Source of the DNA: Felis catus
Lineage: Eukaryota
DNA length: 64,000 nucleotides
NCBI RefSeq assembly: GCF_018350175.1
Contig: NC_058368.1
Location: forward strand, 99,760,001-99,824,000
Direction: 5' to 3'
Made by a program: the position numbers and the translations under genes. The notes beneath the pieces were generated by a model. It was given only the letters and a program-made list of their open reading frames with translations, was not told the DNA's origin and made no database searches. Shown piece by piece: positions 12,786 through 27,055 of the stretch (position 1 is the first letter of the stretch; every line of letters begins with the position of its first letter).

Positions 12786-14239
12786 CCACATTGGTGAATT
12801 ACATTGGCAGTCTACCAAACAGAAATTTCACGGAACAGGTGGTTATGACATTAAAATGAATAGAATCTCTTTCTCCCGGTAACAAAGGAAACAGGGTTTC
12901 TAAAAGTAGAGTGTGTATATTTCATAAAGAATATTTCATTTTCAATAGAAGATGAGTTTATTAGTGATAAAGATAAAATTTAATTATGAAACATGGTATC
13001 TTGAGCAGGTAAATGAAAGTAAATCTGCATTCGATATATAATTTTTAAAATATGATCAGTTCATCTAGAAGAAATACAGCACAAAAACAGGTTCCTTGGA
13101 GAAAAAATAGAATACAGGAAATGACAAGTATTTTTTGTTTTGATACCAGGCAAGAACTTTTTTCCAAAAGTCCTATTGCAGTATTTACAGAAGCGATTCC
13201 TTGGATTTCCACAACCACCCAAGAAATAATATCACAAACGCATCGATGACTACATTTTCAAGTTCTGAAAGTTTATCTTCTCAGACAGTGAGGTGCTTGA
13301 GGGGAAAAATTTTTTTTTTAGTAAATTACAATGAATGACCACAATTGTTACCATCAAGTTTGAACGTGTCACCTGCCTCACACCTGTCAGATGGAGAAAA
13401 GGCATTCCTTTTACACCTCATTTCAGTTAGGAGATCCCAAACCACTAAATGACCAACACGGCCCATGCCACCCATTTAAGGGTGTGCAGGCCAGCAAGCA
13501 CCCTCTGAATGTCCCATTGGCAGATTCCAGCCATTTGCTTCTTTGCCATCCTGCATGTGAGATTAGAACTAAGGCCACTTAATGGAAGATTCGCCCAGTG
13601 ATGGTGGAAAAAGGGAATGAGCAGCCAATGAGGAACGAAAGAGCAAGGGGGCAGGAAAGGGTTTGCTTTTGCTGGAAAAGCAGTGGCGAAGAAAACTGTG
13701 GCACTAAGGATCCCAGGGCTTGCCCGGGAAAGATAGAATCTGCTCCAACAGGAAATTGGCAAAATCACATGCAACCTATTCATAAACACTAGTCCCTTCT
13801 CGCAGGTTTGGACCAGAGGGTCAGGGAACATTTTCCTGAATCTAGGTACTTTGCAGTTTGTCTTGTCACAGGATTCAAGAAATAGAAGCCTGTTGCTCTT
13901 GAAAAACACCCCTGACACAGGGGGTAATGAAAGGTGCCCATTTTGCTTCAGGCCATGATTTAGCTTTCTCATCCCTTGTACGCTTTCTCCATTCTGTGTC
14001 CTCCTACCCCTGTCCTACTCTCACATCCCTTCTCTCTCCTTCCCTCCGTTCTTCACTCCCACTCTCCCTTCTTTAAAGGTAAAGAAACGATCCACTTTCA
14101 ACTCCTTAGCAAACAGGGACAATGTGTTTTTTTTGTTTGTTTGCTTGCTTGCTTAATAAAGAGGAAGGAGGTAGCTGGTTTCCTACCCCTTTGGCTTAAA
14201 GTGTCCTCTTGTAAATTTTAGAGGCCCAACCTTTTTTTA

Positions 14240-14475
14240 AATATTTTAATGTTTATTTATTTTTGAGAGGGAGAGAGAGGGAATAGAGTCAGAGAGACAG
14301 AGAGACAGAGTGCAAGCAGGGGACGGGCAGAGAGAGGAGAAGACACAGAATCCAAAGCAGGCTCCAGGCTCTGAGCTATCAACACAGAGCCCAACATGGG
14401 GCTCCATCCCACCGACCTCAAGATCCTGACCTGATCTGAAGTGGAGGCTTATTGATTGAGCTACCCAGGCACCCC
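14240..14475 (-). mobile_element. CanSINE
   Basis: Full body; degenerate TSD gag(g/t)ccaacctt. Confidence 0.9.
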
Positions 14476-15477
14476 TAGGAGTCCAACCTTCTGATTTGCA
14501 GGGCAAGATCCGGGGCCTTCTAACTAGTGGGACTATAAACCCACACCTCTGAAATGGAGCTTAAAGTTTCTCAAGAGACACACAGGACATAATCCCTAAA
14601 TTAGTCTTCTTGTATCTGGAGGAGATAAATCTTAATTATCTTCTGCATTACTGTATAAATCTGTTTGAAATCCTGTCCAGATTTGGTAGTTGATTTCATG
14701 CTACTTACACGCCTGTAAACCTGATAATGTTTACTCGATAACACAATGTGTTCTTTCTCTCTTCTTCACTGGTGTGGAGGTTGTTTTAGTTCCCCAACCT
14801 TCCGTCCTCTCTCCTTCTTTGTTACCACTTTTCTTTCTTTTCACAAATACCGAGAAGGGACAGAGAGCACTATGGTAAATACAAAAAGACATCGGAGCGT
14901 AACAACCCGGACTAAAAGGTAAAAACAAAACCATCTTATTTGTTTCAGTCTCTTTAACTTCCCCATCAGGATTTTAAAATACAGGTTTTCTTTTTCTTGC
15001 TAAATCGGGTGTTATTTCAGTTAACTTTTAATCATTTTTTTTCCTAGTTGTGATTATCTGGTTATTGTTTACCCAGGAAATATTTTTTTCTGCCTGCATT
15101 ATTTTTAGCTCTGGTTGCAAAAAATCCTAACAAAGTGTTTAATTCCATTGTTTTTGCATGTTTAATGTTGTCTAACATTATTGATGCATGAGGCTTGTAA
15201 ATACCTGAGCTTGAAAAGGGAAGGATTCAATGCTGTCTGAGAAATTGAATCTTTTACTGCCATTAATCAACTAAAGTCTATGTGCTTCCCTTGAAAGCAA
15301 GTGTGATTACTCTAACACTCTTTTTCTTTTTTAAGTTATAAGCCAAACTTAATCTTTGAAAGCAAGATAATAGAAATATATTTAAATGTTTAGAGCTTAT
15401 TACAAAATTAGAATATTCATTGTATTCTACTCCTGTTTGAAGTTAACCAACTCATGTTGAAGTTAACCAATCGTATC

Positions 15478-15587
15478 ATATATATATATATATATATATT
15501 GATATCATATATGATATATATACATATGATATATTATATAGATAGATATAGATATAGATATAGATATAGATATAGATATAGATAGAT
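15478..15587. repeat. Compound (TA)n/(TAGATA)n microsatellite
   Basis: Seen directly. Confidence 0.95.
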
Positions 15588-15595
15588 GGCCTTAA

Positions 15596-15990
15596 TGTTC
15601 CCCTCAGTTTGACTAAATTTTAGATAGGTTCCTTCCTGACTACAGGCCCCTGACTTCTATTCTTTTAGAGGACATGTTTTAGAAAACTTAAAATTATAAA
15701 TTATTTCTCTGTCCTTTGAGATGTGAATCTTGTCCCAACTTCTTGCCAGTGTCTTTGGATTCAGGACTGTCTTTCTCAAGGACCTGGGACCATCCCTTTG
15801 AAATGCAGACATCAAGAAAGATAGAGCCCATCTTCAAGCTCTGTGACAGGATAGGATCCTAACTTTGATAAGCGCCAGTTAGCAATCACAGATGACTTAA
15901 TCACTTTAACCAACCTGATAAAGTCCTCCAGTACTGTTTCACTGCTCACCCCAGGGCTTAAAAACTCTTGCCTTTGTTTCAATGGAGCAT
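15596..15990 (+). mobile_element. ERV1-class solo LTR fragment, MER31-like
   Basis: Motifs cagtttgactaaa..tagataggtt..ttcctgactacaggcccc and tctcaaggacctggga.catccctttgaaatg. Confidence 0.6.
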
Positions 15991-16299
15991 ATATATTACA
16001 TTTTATTTAAGTATAAAATGGATTTTATATATTCTATACATATTTATACATATGCATTTTGCACATTTTATATGTATGTATACACATCTACATATTTTAT
16101 GCATACATAAATATATATTAAACATATTTATGCACACACCCCCATATATATATGCAAAAATCTAAATTTAATAACACCAGAGCCAAGTACTATGGTTGAA
16201 GCAGATATAGAAGATACAGACCATTCTATTTTTAAAATAACACTATTGTTTCATTCTACACTCTTCACTGGTCCCTTCCTGTCCCAACACATGAACACA

Positions 16300-16338
<39 letters not shown>

Positions 16339-17049
16339 CAAATCTAGAGCCTCTGTAGCTTTGGAGTGGAGTTATCCAGGAGTCTTTCTGTCATCTGTGA
16401 GCAAGGAGGAGCTGATCCTATCTGGAGAAGGGAGGGGAGGGTCACCCCTTTCTTAGCTCCTGGGAAGATTCTTGCTGGATTGTATATAAATCAGGACTCT
16501 CAGTCTCCTCACACGGAATGATAATGTTGTTGATAAGACAAGTAGACATTGTTCTAGGATTTAAGCATCAAGGACTTGCTTATGCGGTCTCTGTACTTGA
16601 GTATTTCCCTTCTCCTTCATTACATGTTGGGCCATCCAGAGAAACTTCATGTCTGTCTTGTCCGACTTCGTAGTATCCTTATTCCCTGATGAGCCCGGAG
16701 CTCTGTGCACAAGACCCTAGCTCTTACAATTGCATTGCTGAGGACCCAGGGTGAGTGGATTGCTCACCTAGACCATAACCCACTGGGTGACAAAACATTG
16801 TCCTTCTTTGAATTTGTTTTGTATCTATGTCTGTTCTGTCAGTCAGACTCTTCAGTCTTACACTCTACACCCATACTTGCTTCATTAGAATTTACAATGA
16901 CTTTCTGATACAACTCATGGAAAAGCCAATGAAAACCTTCTCTGCTCTCTGTCACTCATGTTGCTGGTGAGATAGCTTGCTTGAGGCATAACAAAAAAAC
17001 ATATAGATGAAAACAAATATTATTTATTATGTGCATTATTATGTGCAAT

Positions 17050-17490
17050 AAATAGCATTAATATATAGTGGCATTACATATGTATTGCCTAATACAATAA
17101 CAGCCATCCAACTTTGGTGTTATTATCCCTCTTTTACAGATTGGTAATCAGAGCTGGAGATTCATAAGAAACTTGGTCAGTTATGGAGCCATTAGCACTA
17201 AACGCAGAAGCTGAAATTCAAACACAGGACTAGTTTGGGCACAGATCTTAAACTCCTTCTATTCAGCAGATATTCAGTGTTAAGAATTACGACACTGGTG
17301 GCAGAAAGAAAAAACTCTCAACTGCAAAAGTGGCGGGTGTTATAAAAATAAAGGCACAGCACTAGGAATCAGAAAGCCTTCCAAGTTAGTTGTGTGACCT
17401 TGAACAAATCATCTAGTTATTTGAAATAGCAATTTCCTTATCAGTTGAATGAGGAATTAGGGCAGCTGGTGATTTTACAGATCTTTTATA
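17050..17490. mobile_element. Two MIR fragments
   Basis: Core motifs attatccc..ttttacagat and tgtgtgaccttgaacaaatca. Confidence 0.6.
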
Positions 17491-17591
17491 AATTAAAAAT
17501 TATATGATTCTTTCTGAATGCTAATTAGGCTGTCAGGTACTTCCTGGAAATATGCATTTGAAAAGAACGCTTACTGCCATTTCCTCTGGAA

Positions 17592-17677
17592 ACTTCTAAA
17601 GATACATAACACAGTGTGGTATAAGAATAAAGTACTTCTAAAGATATATATAACCTAGTGTGGTATAAGAATAAAGT
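17592..17677. repeat. About 43-bp imperfect tandem duplication
   Basis: acttctaaagata..taac..agtgtggtataagaataaagt twice. Confidence 0.85.
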
Positions 17678-17682
17678 TAGGA

Positions 17683-17890
17683 GGGGCACCTTGGTGGCTC
17701 AGTCTGTTAAGCATCTGACTTTGGCTCAGGTCACGATCTCCTGGTTCATGAGTTCAAGCCCCACTTTGGGCTCTGTGCTGACAGCTCAGAGCCTGCCTGG
17801 AGCCTGCTTCAGATTTTGTGTCTCCCTCTCTCTCTGCTCCTCCCCCACTTGCACTCTGTCTCAAAAATAAATAAAAAATATTTTAAAAAA
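17683..17890 (+). mobile_element. CanSINE
   Basis: TSD aagaat(a/g)aagttagga. Confidence 0.9.
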
Positions 17891-18300
17891 AGAATGAAGT
17901 TAGGAAACTTGTGAAAAGAATAATATCTTTCCATTAGATCTTAAATAAAAATGCTTCAAAGTCCTTAACCCTCTCTTCATTCATCCATGTAGTGAACATA
18001 AAAATAATAAATGTCATTCACCTCAAGTTTTGTTTCACAGAGGCTGCTTCTTTCTTCTTGTCTCAGCATGAATCTGAGAAGGGCTTTTTCTCACTCTCCA
18101 GCCAAGCTAATGAATACCAGAGGGAGAAAAACCCATAAATCCCAATATCTAGCTCACAATTTGCCTTCCATGTGCCCAGCTAATAATTTTCAGGTTGAAT
18201 GAGTTTTTGTGTCCGCATTCTCCAGGGATATGAGAAGCCATTAACCATGATTAGGATTGCTGGAAGTGGAGGAAATGTGTAGGATCAATGTAGGTTTGGC

Positions 18301-18646
18301 AGCCAAAGCAAATCTACTTTAGCTTACATATATTAAGAAATGTGTTTGTGAAACTCATCTGTTACGGGGAGCAGAAGATAAAAGAAAGTTGCCTAATACG
18401 GGTAAGCTACCATGCTCATTCAGACATACCAGTGATAACGTCAAAACCAACTTCGGCTGTCCAGTTACAAGTCAGCCAAAGCAAATATACTTTAGCTTAC
18501 ATATATTAAGAAATGTGTTTGTGAAACTCATCTGTTATGGGGAGCAGAAGATAAAAGAAAGTTGCCTAATACGGGTAAGCTACCATGCTCATTCAGATAT
18601 ACCAGTGATAACATCAAAACCAACTTCGGCTGTCCAGTTACAAGTC
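18301..18646. repeat. 173-bp direct tandem duplication
   Basis: 18301-18473 versus 18474-18646, 4 substitutions by manual comparison. Confidence 0.95.
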
Positions 18647-19064
18647 AGCTTGTGCTTACTGAATGCCAGCAAAATGCACAAGGATTTGGTAGATGCCAGT
18701 AGACTAGCAAATTGCCTGTTTATTATCCATTAACATCATCTCCATCCAATAAAATCACACCATCCATGGGCTCCATTACAAAATCAAGAACTTTTCCTTT
18801 TATCTTTACTAATCACCTAATGTACCTCTATCTATGAACTTAAATTTTAATGTGGCTAATAATTTTTCATGACCTTCAACGAATCAGTCAAAAGCATCCT
18901 AAAGGGGAGAACTCTACATATCTCAAGAAGTTTTTCTTCTGCTTCATATAATATGTATATAGGTAAGCAACAGAGAAAGACAGAATGTGAAAGGGACAGT
19001 GCTTGTGCACAGGCCAATTACAATATAGTCTGCAGTCTAGCGGTTTGGATGTTGTATACAAATA

Positions 19065-19302
19065 CAGTAAAACCTTGGTTTGCGAGCATGATCTGCTACG
19101 GAAACACTTGTAATCCAAAGCCCTTATATATCAAAGTGAATTTCAAGAACCGTTGGCTCAGTTGTGATCATGTGACATTTGGCATCACATACTGCTTGTA
19201 TTGCAAGACGTCACGCATTTATCAAGTTAAGATTTATTAGAAATGTTGGCCGTCTTGCAGAACACTTGCAGAACAAGTCACCCGCAATCCAGGGTTTTAC
19301 TG
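19065..19302. mobile_element. Tigger/Tc-mariner-like MITE
   Basis: TIRs cagtaaaaccttggtttgcg ... cgcaatccagggttttactg, preceded by TA. Confidence 0.85.
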
Positions 19303-19767
19303 TGTGTTCTTTTCCTGGTACAAAAGGGATGGGACAGCAATCACAACCTTGAAATTCTCAGTAGACCCATTTATTTGGCCGTTGGCAAGGAGCAATTAAT
19401 TTTGTAAGGAAAGTAATCTTTTCCATTGCAGGACTCGGGAATGAGTTTTACTGCCAACAGTCTCTTTCAAACCACAGTTATGAATTTTACCTAAACAAAT
19501 CTAAAGCTCACTCTATTAACATAATCTTTCGGCTGGCCTTAAACTCTGGGTTTTTAATTTCACTTGAATCATACTCGCACTTTTCTGGCATGCTTTTTAT
19601 GAAATACGTTATAGCCACTATCAAAAAAGGAAACTACTGCAATTCAATCTAGGCAAGTAATATTAAAGGGAATACAAAAGCCTATACCAATCCTGAAGTT
19701 TAAAAGTACAATTCTACAAAAAAAAAAAAAAGGATGTAGTACATCCTTAAGAAACTAATGCAATAGG

Positions 19768-19983
19768 TTTTTTTAAAATATTTATTTATTTTTGAGACAG
19801 AGAGAGGAAGAGAGAGAGCACCAGTGTGGGAGGGGCAGAGAGAGAGGGAGACACAGAATCAAAGCAGGCTCCAGGCTCCAAGCTGTCAGCACAGAGCCTG
19901 ACACAGGGCTCGAACTCACGAACAGCAAGATCATAACCTGAGCTGAAGTCTAGTGCTGAGCCGACTGAGCCACCCAGTTGCCC
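19768..19983 (-). mobile_element. CanSINE
   Basis: Full body; TSD gcaatagg. Confidence 0.9.
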
Positions 19984-20013
19984 GGCAATAGGAGTTTAAA
20001 ATGATAATCTTTC

Positions 20014-20135
20014 AAAACTAGACTTAGTGTGGTGATCATTTGGCAATGCATATAAATGGTGAATTGCTATGTTGTACATAGGAAACTAATATAATATGGT
20101 ATGTCATGTGTATTATATTTAAAAAATTAATAAAA
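20014..20135 (+). mobile_element. Severely 5'-truncated L1 3' end
   Basis: TSD taaaatg(a/g)taatctttc at 19997-20013 and 20136-20152; L1 terminal motif gaaactaatataat. Confidence 0.75.
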
Positions 20136-21114
20136 TAAAATGGTAATCTTTCTACCTAGAATTTGGCTTAGGCTCCAAAGGCTGAAAACAATGGCACAGG
20201 TGCCAAGTACCCATATATCCTACAGAGAGATAATAGTTCATGAATGCTAGAGCATGAGAAATATACTCAGATCCTTCAAGGTCAGCCACTTCACCAAAGG
20301 GAAAAAAAAAAGTGAAGACTGAATAGTCACAGAAAGGATTTTCTTGGAAAACTCTGTGAGTTAGAACTACTCCCAGAGAGGCAGGAAGAGAAAGCTTAAA
20401 ATTCTTCCCATTGAATAACATTGTCTCAAAACATGTAAAGGAAAACTTGAAAAAAAAAACTGCAAAAAACAGCTGCAAAAAATACATGAGTACAGAAACA
20501 ACAAAGGAATATATCCCATTCAGTAATTTATAGAACAGACAGACAAGTCGGATTCTGAATTCTCACCTTGAAAATAAGAATGGTGTTGCCACCACTTACT
20601 AGTATGAGTAAGTTTTTTAAATGGGTATTTTTAAAAATACATCTTAATACATTAAACAGACAACGGGCTAGAAACCATTTCTCCAGCAGCCTTCCAAAGG
20701 CTCATCACTACATCTCAAAATTCATCTATGACCCTAAAAATGCTCAATATTTCTTAAAAACACAATCATCTAGGTAAAATATACTAATACAAATATAGGT
20801 AATCTAATTTTGCCAACCAGAGAAATAATCTTTCCCTGACATTCCCCACATGTATGACAGATATATAAGCAGTATGACAAGGTAAAGAAAAATGACAATG
20901 GGGGGAAACAATTTATCAGAGGAAACTCTCAAAGGAGGAGTAGTATTTGTCCTTGGTTAGTAGTACATTTATAGGAAGTTTCACACTGTGTGGTGAAAGG
21001 CAATATTTGACCAACTTTTGACACCTCACCAGTGTCAGTAGTGAGTGTATAGGGACACAGATATTCTAACCATCATTAGGAATACAGCCTGCCTGGTGGA
21101 ACTGTGGCTATTTC

Positions 21115-21816
21115 AGACCTTTCTGGTAAATGTGTTATTGTTTACAAATATCCACTTCTCTTCCCTGTAAGAAAATAATTCTTCCTTACTCCTTTGAAGC
21201 CGGTAATGGCCCTGTGACTTGTTTTGAACCATGAAATATGAGCAGAAATGACCTGTCATTTCTGAGCTTTAAGAGCAAATGCAAGCCATAGTCAATTCTC
21301 AGTACTCAAGTTGGTTATGTTCTGTAATGTCTACAAATTACAAAGTAGCAAATACTAAGTTAGTGTTCCTAAGAGAAACATACGGTTATGTTCCTATGAG
21401 CTTCTGGTCACATTTTTGTCAACGCGTCAATACAACTGGTCAACATCTCATGAATCCACAATTTTAACAATACTTTCCGTAACTTCAGATATTACTCTAT
21501 AGCTTGAATATTTATACTATAGCTATTACTTTAGCACTTTCTGGAGCAGCCTCTGGTACTTATGGGCAATTTTCCTCTTCCTTTTTCTAGATGGACTGTT
21601 TTATTGATCTATTAACATTGAACTCATTGCCAATAGCCTTATAACTAAAGCTTAAATAAAGTTTATCTAACACACATTATTTTTTCTGTGAGGCACATCA
21701 CAGCCTTCTTTTGCTTAGGAACAGTAGACAGCACTTCAGCACTATTCTTGGGCCATTTTAAACAGAAAAATTACTAACAAAACAGAACAAAATGTGAAAA
21801 AATGTTACCAAATAGG

Positions 21817-21855
<39 letters not shown>

Positions 21856-22245
21856 TTTACAATCTGAGAACTGAAACAGGAAGGGAGAGTTTGTTTGACC
21901 TCAGCTAGAAAAATGCACGTTTGGCAAGTGAAAATTTCCCCCATTTTGTGCATGTCTTTGAAAGACTACAACAGCACTGTAAGCACTGGCTTGGGAGTTA
22001 GAGGTAAACTTTAGCAAGAAGGTGAATTTGCAAATAAAGAATCCACAAATGAGGATCAGCTCCATAGCTTTATCTTGACCAGTGGCATTCCAAATATCTG
22101 CTGCTTCATTACTCTGGGCAGTATGGGGACCTCAAACGACCATGGATGAACATGTAGCAGGAGTCAGAATTAAACTTTTATGCTTTAAGTCTTTAAAACT
22201 TTGAAACTATTGGTTACTTCAACACAACCTAGTCATCCCTGACAT
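21115..22245. mobile_element. MLT1-like LTR split by a Tigger13-like DNA transposon (about 21290-22062)
   Basis: MLT1 motif gtgacttg...aatatgagcagaaatgac; Tigger-like start agtcaattctc...gttatgttct and end gaggatcagct. Confidence 0.6.
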
Positions 22246-22324
22246 AAATACTCCTTGATCTAGAAATTCCACTGCAAAATTTATCTAATAGACTTACACA
22301 TCTGAACAAAGACATATAAAAGAT

Positions 22325-22520
22325 GGAGGCTCCTGGGTGGCTCAGGAGGTTAAGTGTCCAACTTTGGCTCAGGTCATAATCTCATAGTTCATGAGTTCAA
22401 GCCCTAAATTGGGCTCTCTGCTGTCAGCATGAGCTGGCTTTGGATCCTCTGTCTGTCCCTCTCTCCGCCCCTCCCTGGTTCTCTCTATCTCTCTCTCTCA
22501 AATAAATATTAAAAAAAAAA
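22325..22520 (+). mobile_element. CanSINE
   Basis: TSD-like aagacatat..agatgga. Confidence 0.85.
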
Positions 22521-23109
22521 AAGGAAGACATATACAGATGGATATAGAATACTTATAGAAGGGTGTATAAGAAACCAGTAACTCTGATAACCTCTGATAA
22601 TCAAGATTAGGAAACTGGGGTATTAGTTTACTGTTACCGAATAATGTATTTATTTGCTTAAAATTCCACATATTCTTTTTTGAATAAAAAGACAAAATTA
22701 AATTTAAATATTAAACTTAAAAAATTCAAAGGATGTATGTGATAAATTTTTAAATCAGCATTTATGTTTTCCCTTAAAATTAGGGAAACATCAGCTATCG
22801 TAGACTGAACATTTCTAGAAACCTTAGATTGTTGTCTTTATCTATGAATTACTATATCACTAGGGGCAGATTAATTCATTACTTATGTGAAGGATGGCTT
22901 TGAGCTATTTCCAATCATTTTTAATCACTTGAAATTGTTATTTCTTTTTAGAGGTTATTATTATCTTTTCTGAGACGGTAAAATGTCAATAGGGGATTAA
23001 GGCAGTAGAACAGTTGAGAAGCCAACACAACTCAGCTTCCTGAAGTCACTACTTTTCTGGTGAGCCTAGGCTGCTGTCAGTGGATATCAAATCCATGCAA
23101 CTTATCTAC

Positions 23110-24000
23110 CTTATTTTTCTTAATTTTTAATTCCAGTACAATTAATACAGTGTTATATTAGTTTCAGTTGTACAATATAGTGATTCAATAATTCTATATA
23201 TGACTCAGTGCTCATCACAATAAGTGTACTCTTAATCCCTCTCAGTTATTTCACTCATCCCCCTACCCTCTGGCAAGCACCAATTTGTTTTCAGTATTCA
23301 GGAGTGTTTTTGTCTCTTTTATTTTGCTCATTGTTTTGTTTCTTAAACTCCATATATGAGTGAAGTCATATGGTACTTGTCTTTCTCTGATTGACTTATT
23401 TCACTTACCATTATACCCTCCAGGTCCATCCATGTTGTTACAAATGGCAAGATTTCATTCTTTTTATGGCTGAGTAATATTAGTGTGTGTATATATAATA
23501 TCTATATCTATATAATCTATATCATCTATATCTATATCACATCTTTATCCATTCATCTGCCAATGGACAGTTGGGTTGCTTGCATATCTTAGCTATTGTA
23601 AATAATGTTGCAATAAACATAAAAGTGCAGGTATCTTTCCAAACTAGGGTTTTTTGTTTGTTTGTTTGTTTGTTTTCATTTTCTTTGGGTAAATACCCAG
23701 TGGTGAAATTACTGGATCACACAGCAATTAGATTTTTGATTTTTTGAGGAAACTCCGTACTGTTTTCTACAGTGGCTGCACCAGTATGCATTCCCACCAA
23801 CGGTGCGTAAGTGTTCCTTTTTCTCCATATTTTTACCAACACTTGTTGTTTCTTGTTTTTTGCTTTTTTTTTGTTTTGGTTTTCTTTTTGTTTTGTTTTT
23901 TTTATTTTAGCCATTCTGACATATGTGAAGTGATATCTCATTGTGGCTTTCCTTTGTGTTACCCTGATGACAAATGATGTTGAGCATCTTTTTCAGAAGC
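23110..24000 (-). mobile_element. Carnivore L1 3' end
   Basis: Remnant [16 protein letters not shown] and ATVENSTE; L1 3' UTR. Confidence 0.9.
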
Positions 24001-24768
24001 TTATCTATCTTGAATATCACAGGGAAATGACTACATAGAATCAGAGGATGAAATAAATGCCTTCTAAAACTATGATTCCTAATCTTCTGATAATAAAAGG
24101 TGATAATTCTACCTCTTAGCAAAACATTTTTTGGGATAAAAATATACTTCAATGTTAAGAAAACATTTTGAAAATAAAATATCTTCCATAATTTCTCTAC
24201 TTTAACACCTACTGAACAAATTTTTGTATCAACAACATTCTTTTTATTTTTATTTTAATCCTTCTGACTTGTCTACCACTATCTACAGATTGCCTGAGGA
24301 CCTGCATACATACACACAGTTTCTACATTATAATTAAGTCTAATTGATTCCCAGAAAACTATCAAATGTTTCATTGAACAATTTTCCTTATAACTGTGGT
24401 ATAACTTAATAACATTCCTGTACTAGTGAGTCAGTGCCACGTTATTCAAACAATATGCCTTCAAATCAGATTTATTTGTATTTACATAAGAATAGTTGTG
24501 TAAAAACAATTGATGTATATTTGTAAAAGGAGACTATAGAAAATAGCTAACATTCAGGAAAATATAAGTTTATTGAGAAATATGTACTGTGTCCTTGTAT
24601 ATTTTATATGTATGTATAAAGAGAATGATTATTTATATAAATAACCATACATATATAATATGTATGGTGACAATAGGTAGTCAGTGAAAGAATATACAAA
24701 ATGATTTCAATTTTTACATTGTGTAAGAAAAAAAATCTACTTCCTTAGCACTACAGTTAAGAAAGTTT

Positions 24769-25000
24769 GGGGGCGCCTGGGTGGCTCAGTCAGTTGAGCA
24801 TCCAACTTCGGCTCAGGCCATGATCTCAGGGTTCGTGAGTTCGAGCCCCGCATCGGGCTCTGTGCTGACAGCTCAGCGCCTGAAGCCTGCCTGCTTCCGA
24901 TTCTGTGTCCCCCACTCTCTCTGCCCCACTCCTGCTTGTGCTCTGTCTCTCGGTGTCTTTCAAAAATGAATAAACATAAAAAATTTTTTTAAAAAGAAAA
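24769..25000 (+). mobile_element. CanSINE
   Basis: TSD aagaaagtttg. Confidence 0.9.
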
Positions 25001-27055
25001 AGAAAGTTTGAAGTAAATATTTCCAATATTTACATATATAAACCGATTTGGAAATCCAAATTGCATTTGGATGTTTAGCATATTGCAAATCATCATTCTT
25101 GAACTGCTACCAACAGTTATGCCCTCTGACACAGGGCTGGTTTGGCACGCAAACCAAACTTGGTGACGTTAAATGTCAACTCAATCACCAAGGAATAAAA
25201 CAATCCTTGTGTTTTGCTATGAGAATAAAATCATTATTTATCAAAAACTGACACTATGTTCACAGAAAATACTTAATCTCAACATAAAGTTACCTATAAT
25301 TTTCAGATTATTTCCCATTTATCCTACTAAATTATGAAGTTTCATTTCTAACACAGGAGGAGGAAATTAATAGATGACTAATAAATAAAAAATCTGGTCC
25401 CAATTTGTTTAAATATATACAGTTCTCAAAAAACTGTTTCTCATAAAGAAACAGGAAATTTAATCCCTATTTGATTTTCTCTCAGGTAAATTGTCTTCAA
25501 TTTGAAGTATTGGAAAACAAGGTATTTAGGGGCTCAGGTAACTGAAAATTAAAGAAATAGTTGCTCCATAATGTTAATAAGCTTCCAATTTCATTCTGAC
25601 TCTCCATCCTTTTCCACTATGTGAATTTTACCTAATACCCCCAAATCCTTGTGCTCTCAAATTAGTTACCAGGTTCAATCAGAGTTTTATACTTCTTTAT
25701 CCAAAATAAGGGGACTAGAAATATGAAATATGTTCTCTTCCTGCACTAAGTCTTGGGCTGTCTTTTCCTTGAGCCAAACAATTCCCTTGTCAACCACTGA
25801 ATGTGGAGATCAGGGGAATGAGATCCCATCCCCCTGATTTGGTTAGGCGTGTGAGTGGAGTTCACCCATACCATATGGTTGTTTTTCCATATGATATGGT
25901 TCCCAACCAAAGATCTTATTAGGAAAAGAGAATAGGTAAACATTTTCCAAGAAAATAGACACAATATCTTTATGTCAACTGACATATGATATTTCTATAG
26001 CACAAGTAAAATGTTGAAATCTTTTCAGATTTGAGTCAAAGTTGTAAAGAACAGCTACAAAATTTGCCAATTCTATCCAATGGTAGACTATTTGAGGGGA
26101 TTATAGAAAGTATGGATATCTCAAAAATTTTAGACTCAACAACAGGATGTAGGTAAGAGCCATTTATGGATCTATAGACAAGAGGTAGGGGAGCAGGCTT
26201 GTAAGGGGACACCAAGAGTCATGTTTTAAATACAACCTGGATCCATCTATTAGACACTCAAGTGTCTAATAAAGCTTAACTGTTAAATATATAAGTGTGG
26301 AGTTCAGGGCAGAAGATCAAAGCCAGAGATATAAATTTGTTATCTTCATAAAATAAGTGATATTGAAAGCCACTTTCTCCATTGATTTAGTAGACCTATC
26401 ACCACAGAACACAACTTAGAGTACATGAATAAATGTAATTACTGCTGAAATAAAACAGTTGTACCCTTTTCATGGGCTTATGTAATTCTTTCTTTTAAAA
26501 AAGCGCAATGTGTATTCATTAAGAAGATGAGTATAATGAGATACCAACATCCTATACTAAACTTATTAATCAGGTAACCCAGTATCTGAAGTTTCAGTCT
26601 TCTCACAGTGGACACAAAAGTGTGTTTCAAATTTCTTTACTTTCGTTACAAGTCATTTCAGCTAATCTGGAATCTTGAAGAGTATATTAATACTAATATT
26701 TTTGCAAAGACTACATGGCATAGAGGAATCACTATTTGATATTATAAGTGACTTAAAAAAGAAGGTAACTGAATAACTATCTCTGTGAATCAGGCCCTAA
26801 GAGAGCTTTTCCACAAGAACGGAATTACTCAAAGCAATGACTCTGAATCACTCCCTCTCCACAGTAGAGAAGAACAATTAGATGCTGAGTTGTGTCAGAT
26901 AGCAGGTCATTGTGAAAGCATATTGCCAAATATAGTTTGTTTGCCTAAGTCATTTATTCTGGTAACGTGTATTTATTTAGAAATTATCTGTGAATGGTAA
27001 TGCTTTACTGCTGAACATCTGTTTTCTATCTTCCTTATTTTCTAAAATGTCAGTT

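Noticed and set aside
13445..13972. 175-aa minus-strand ORF, the longest in the track
   Set aside because: No recognisable homology or exon signals; compatible with chance.
15436..15470. Short direct repeats (ttgaagttaaccaa twice; similar at about 10174 and 22580)
   Set aside because: Ordinary slippage duplications with no further structure.
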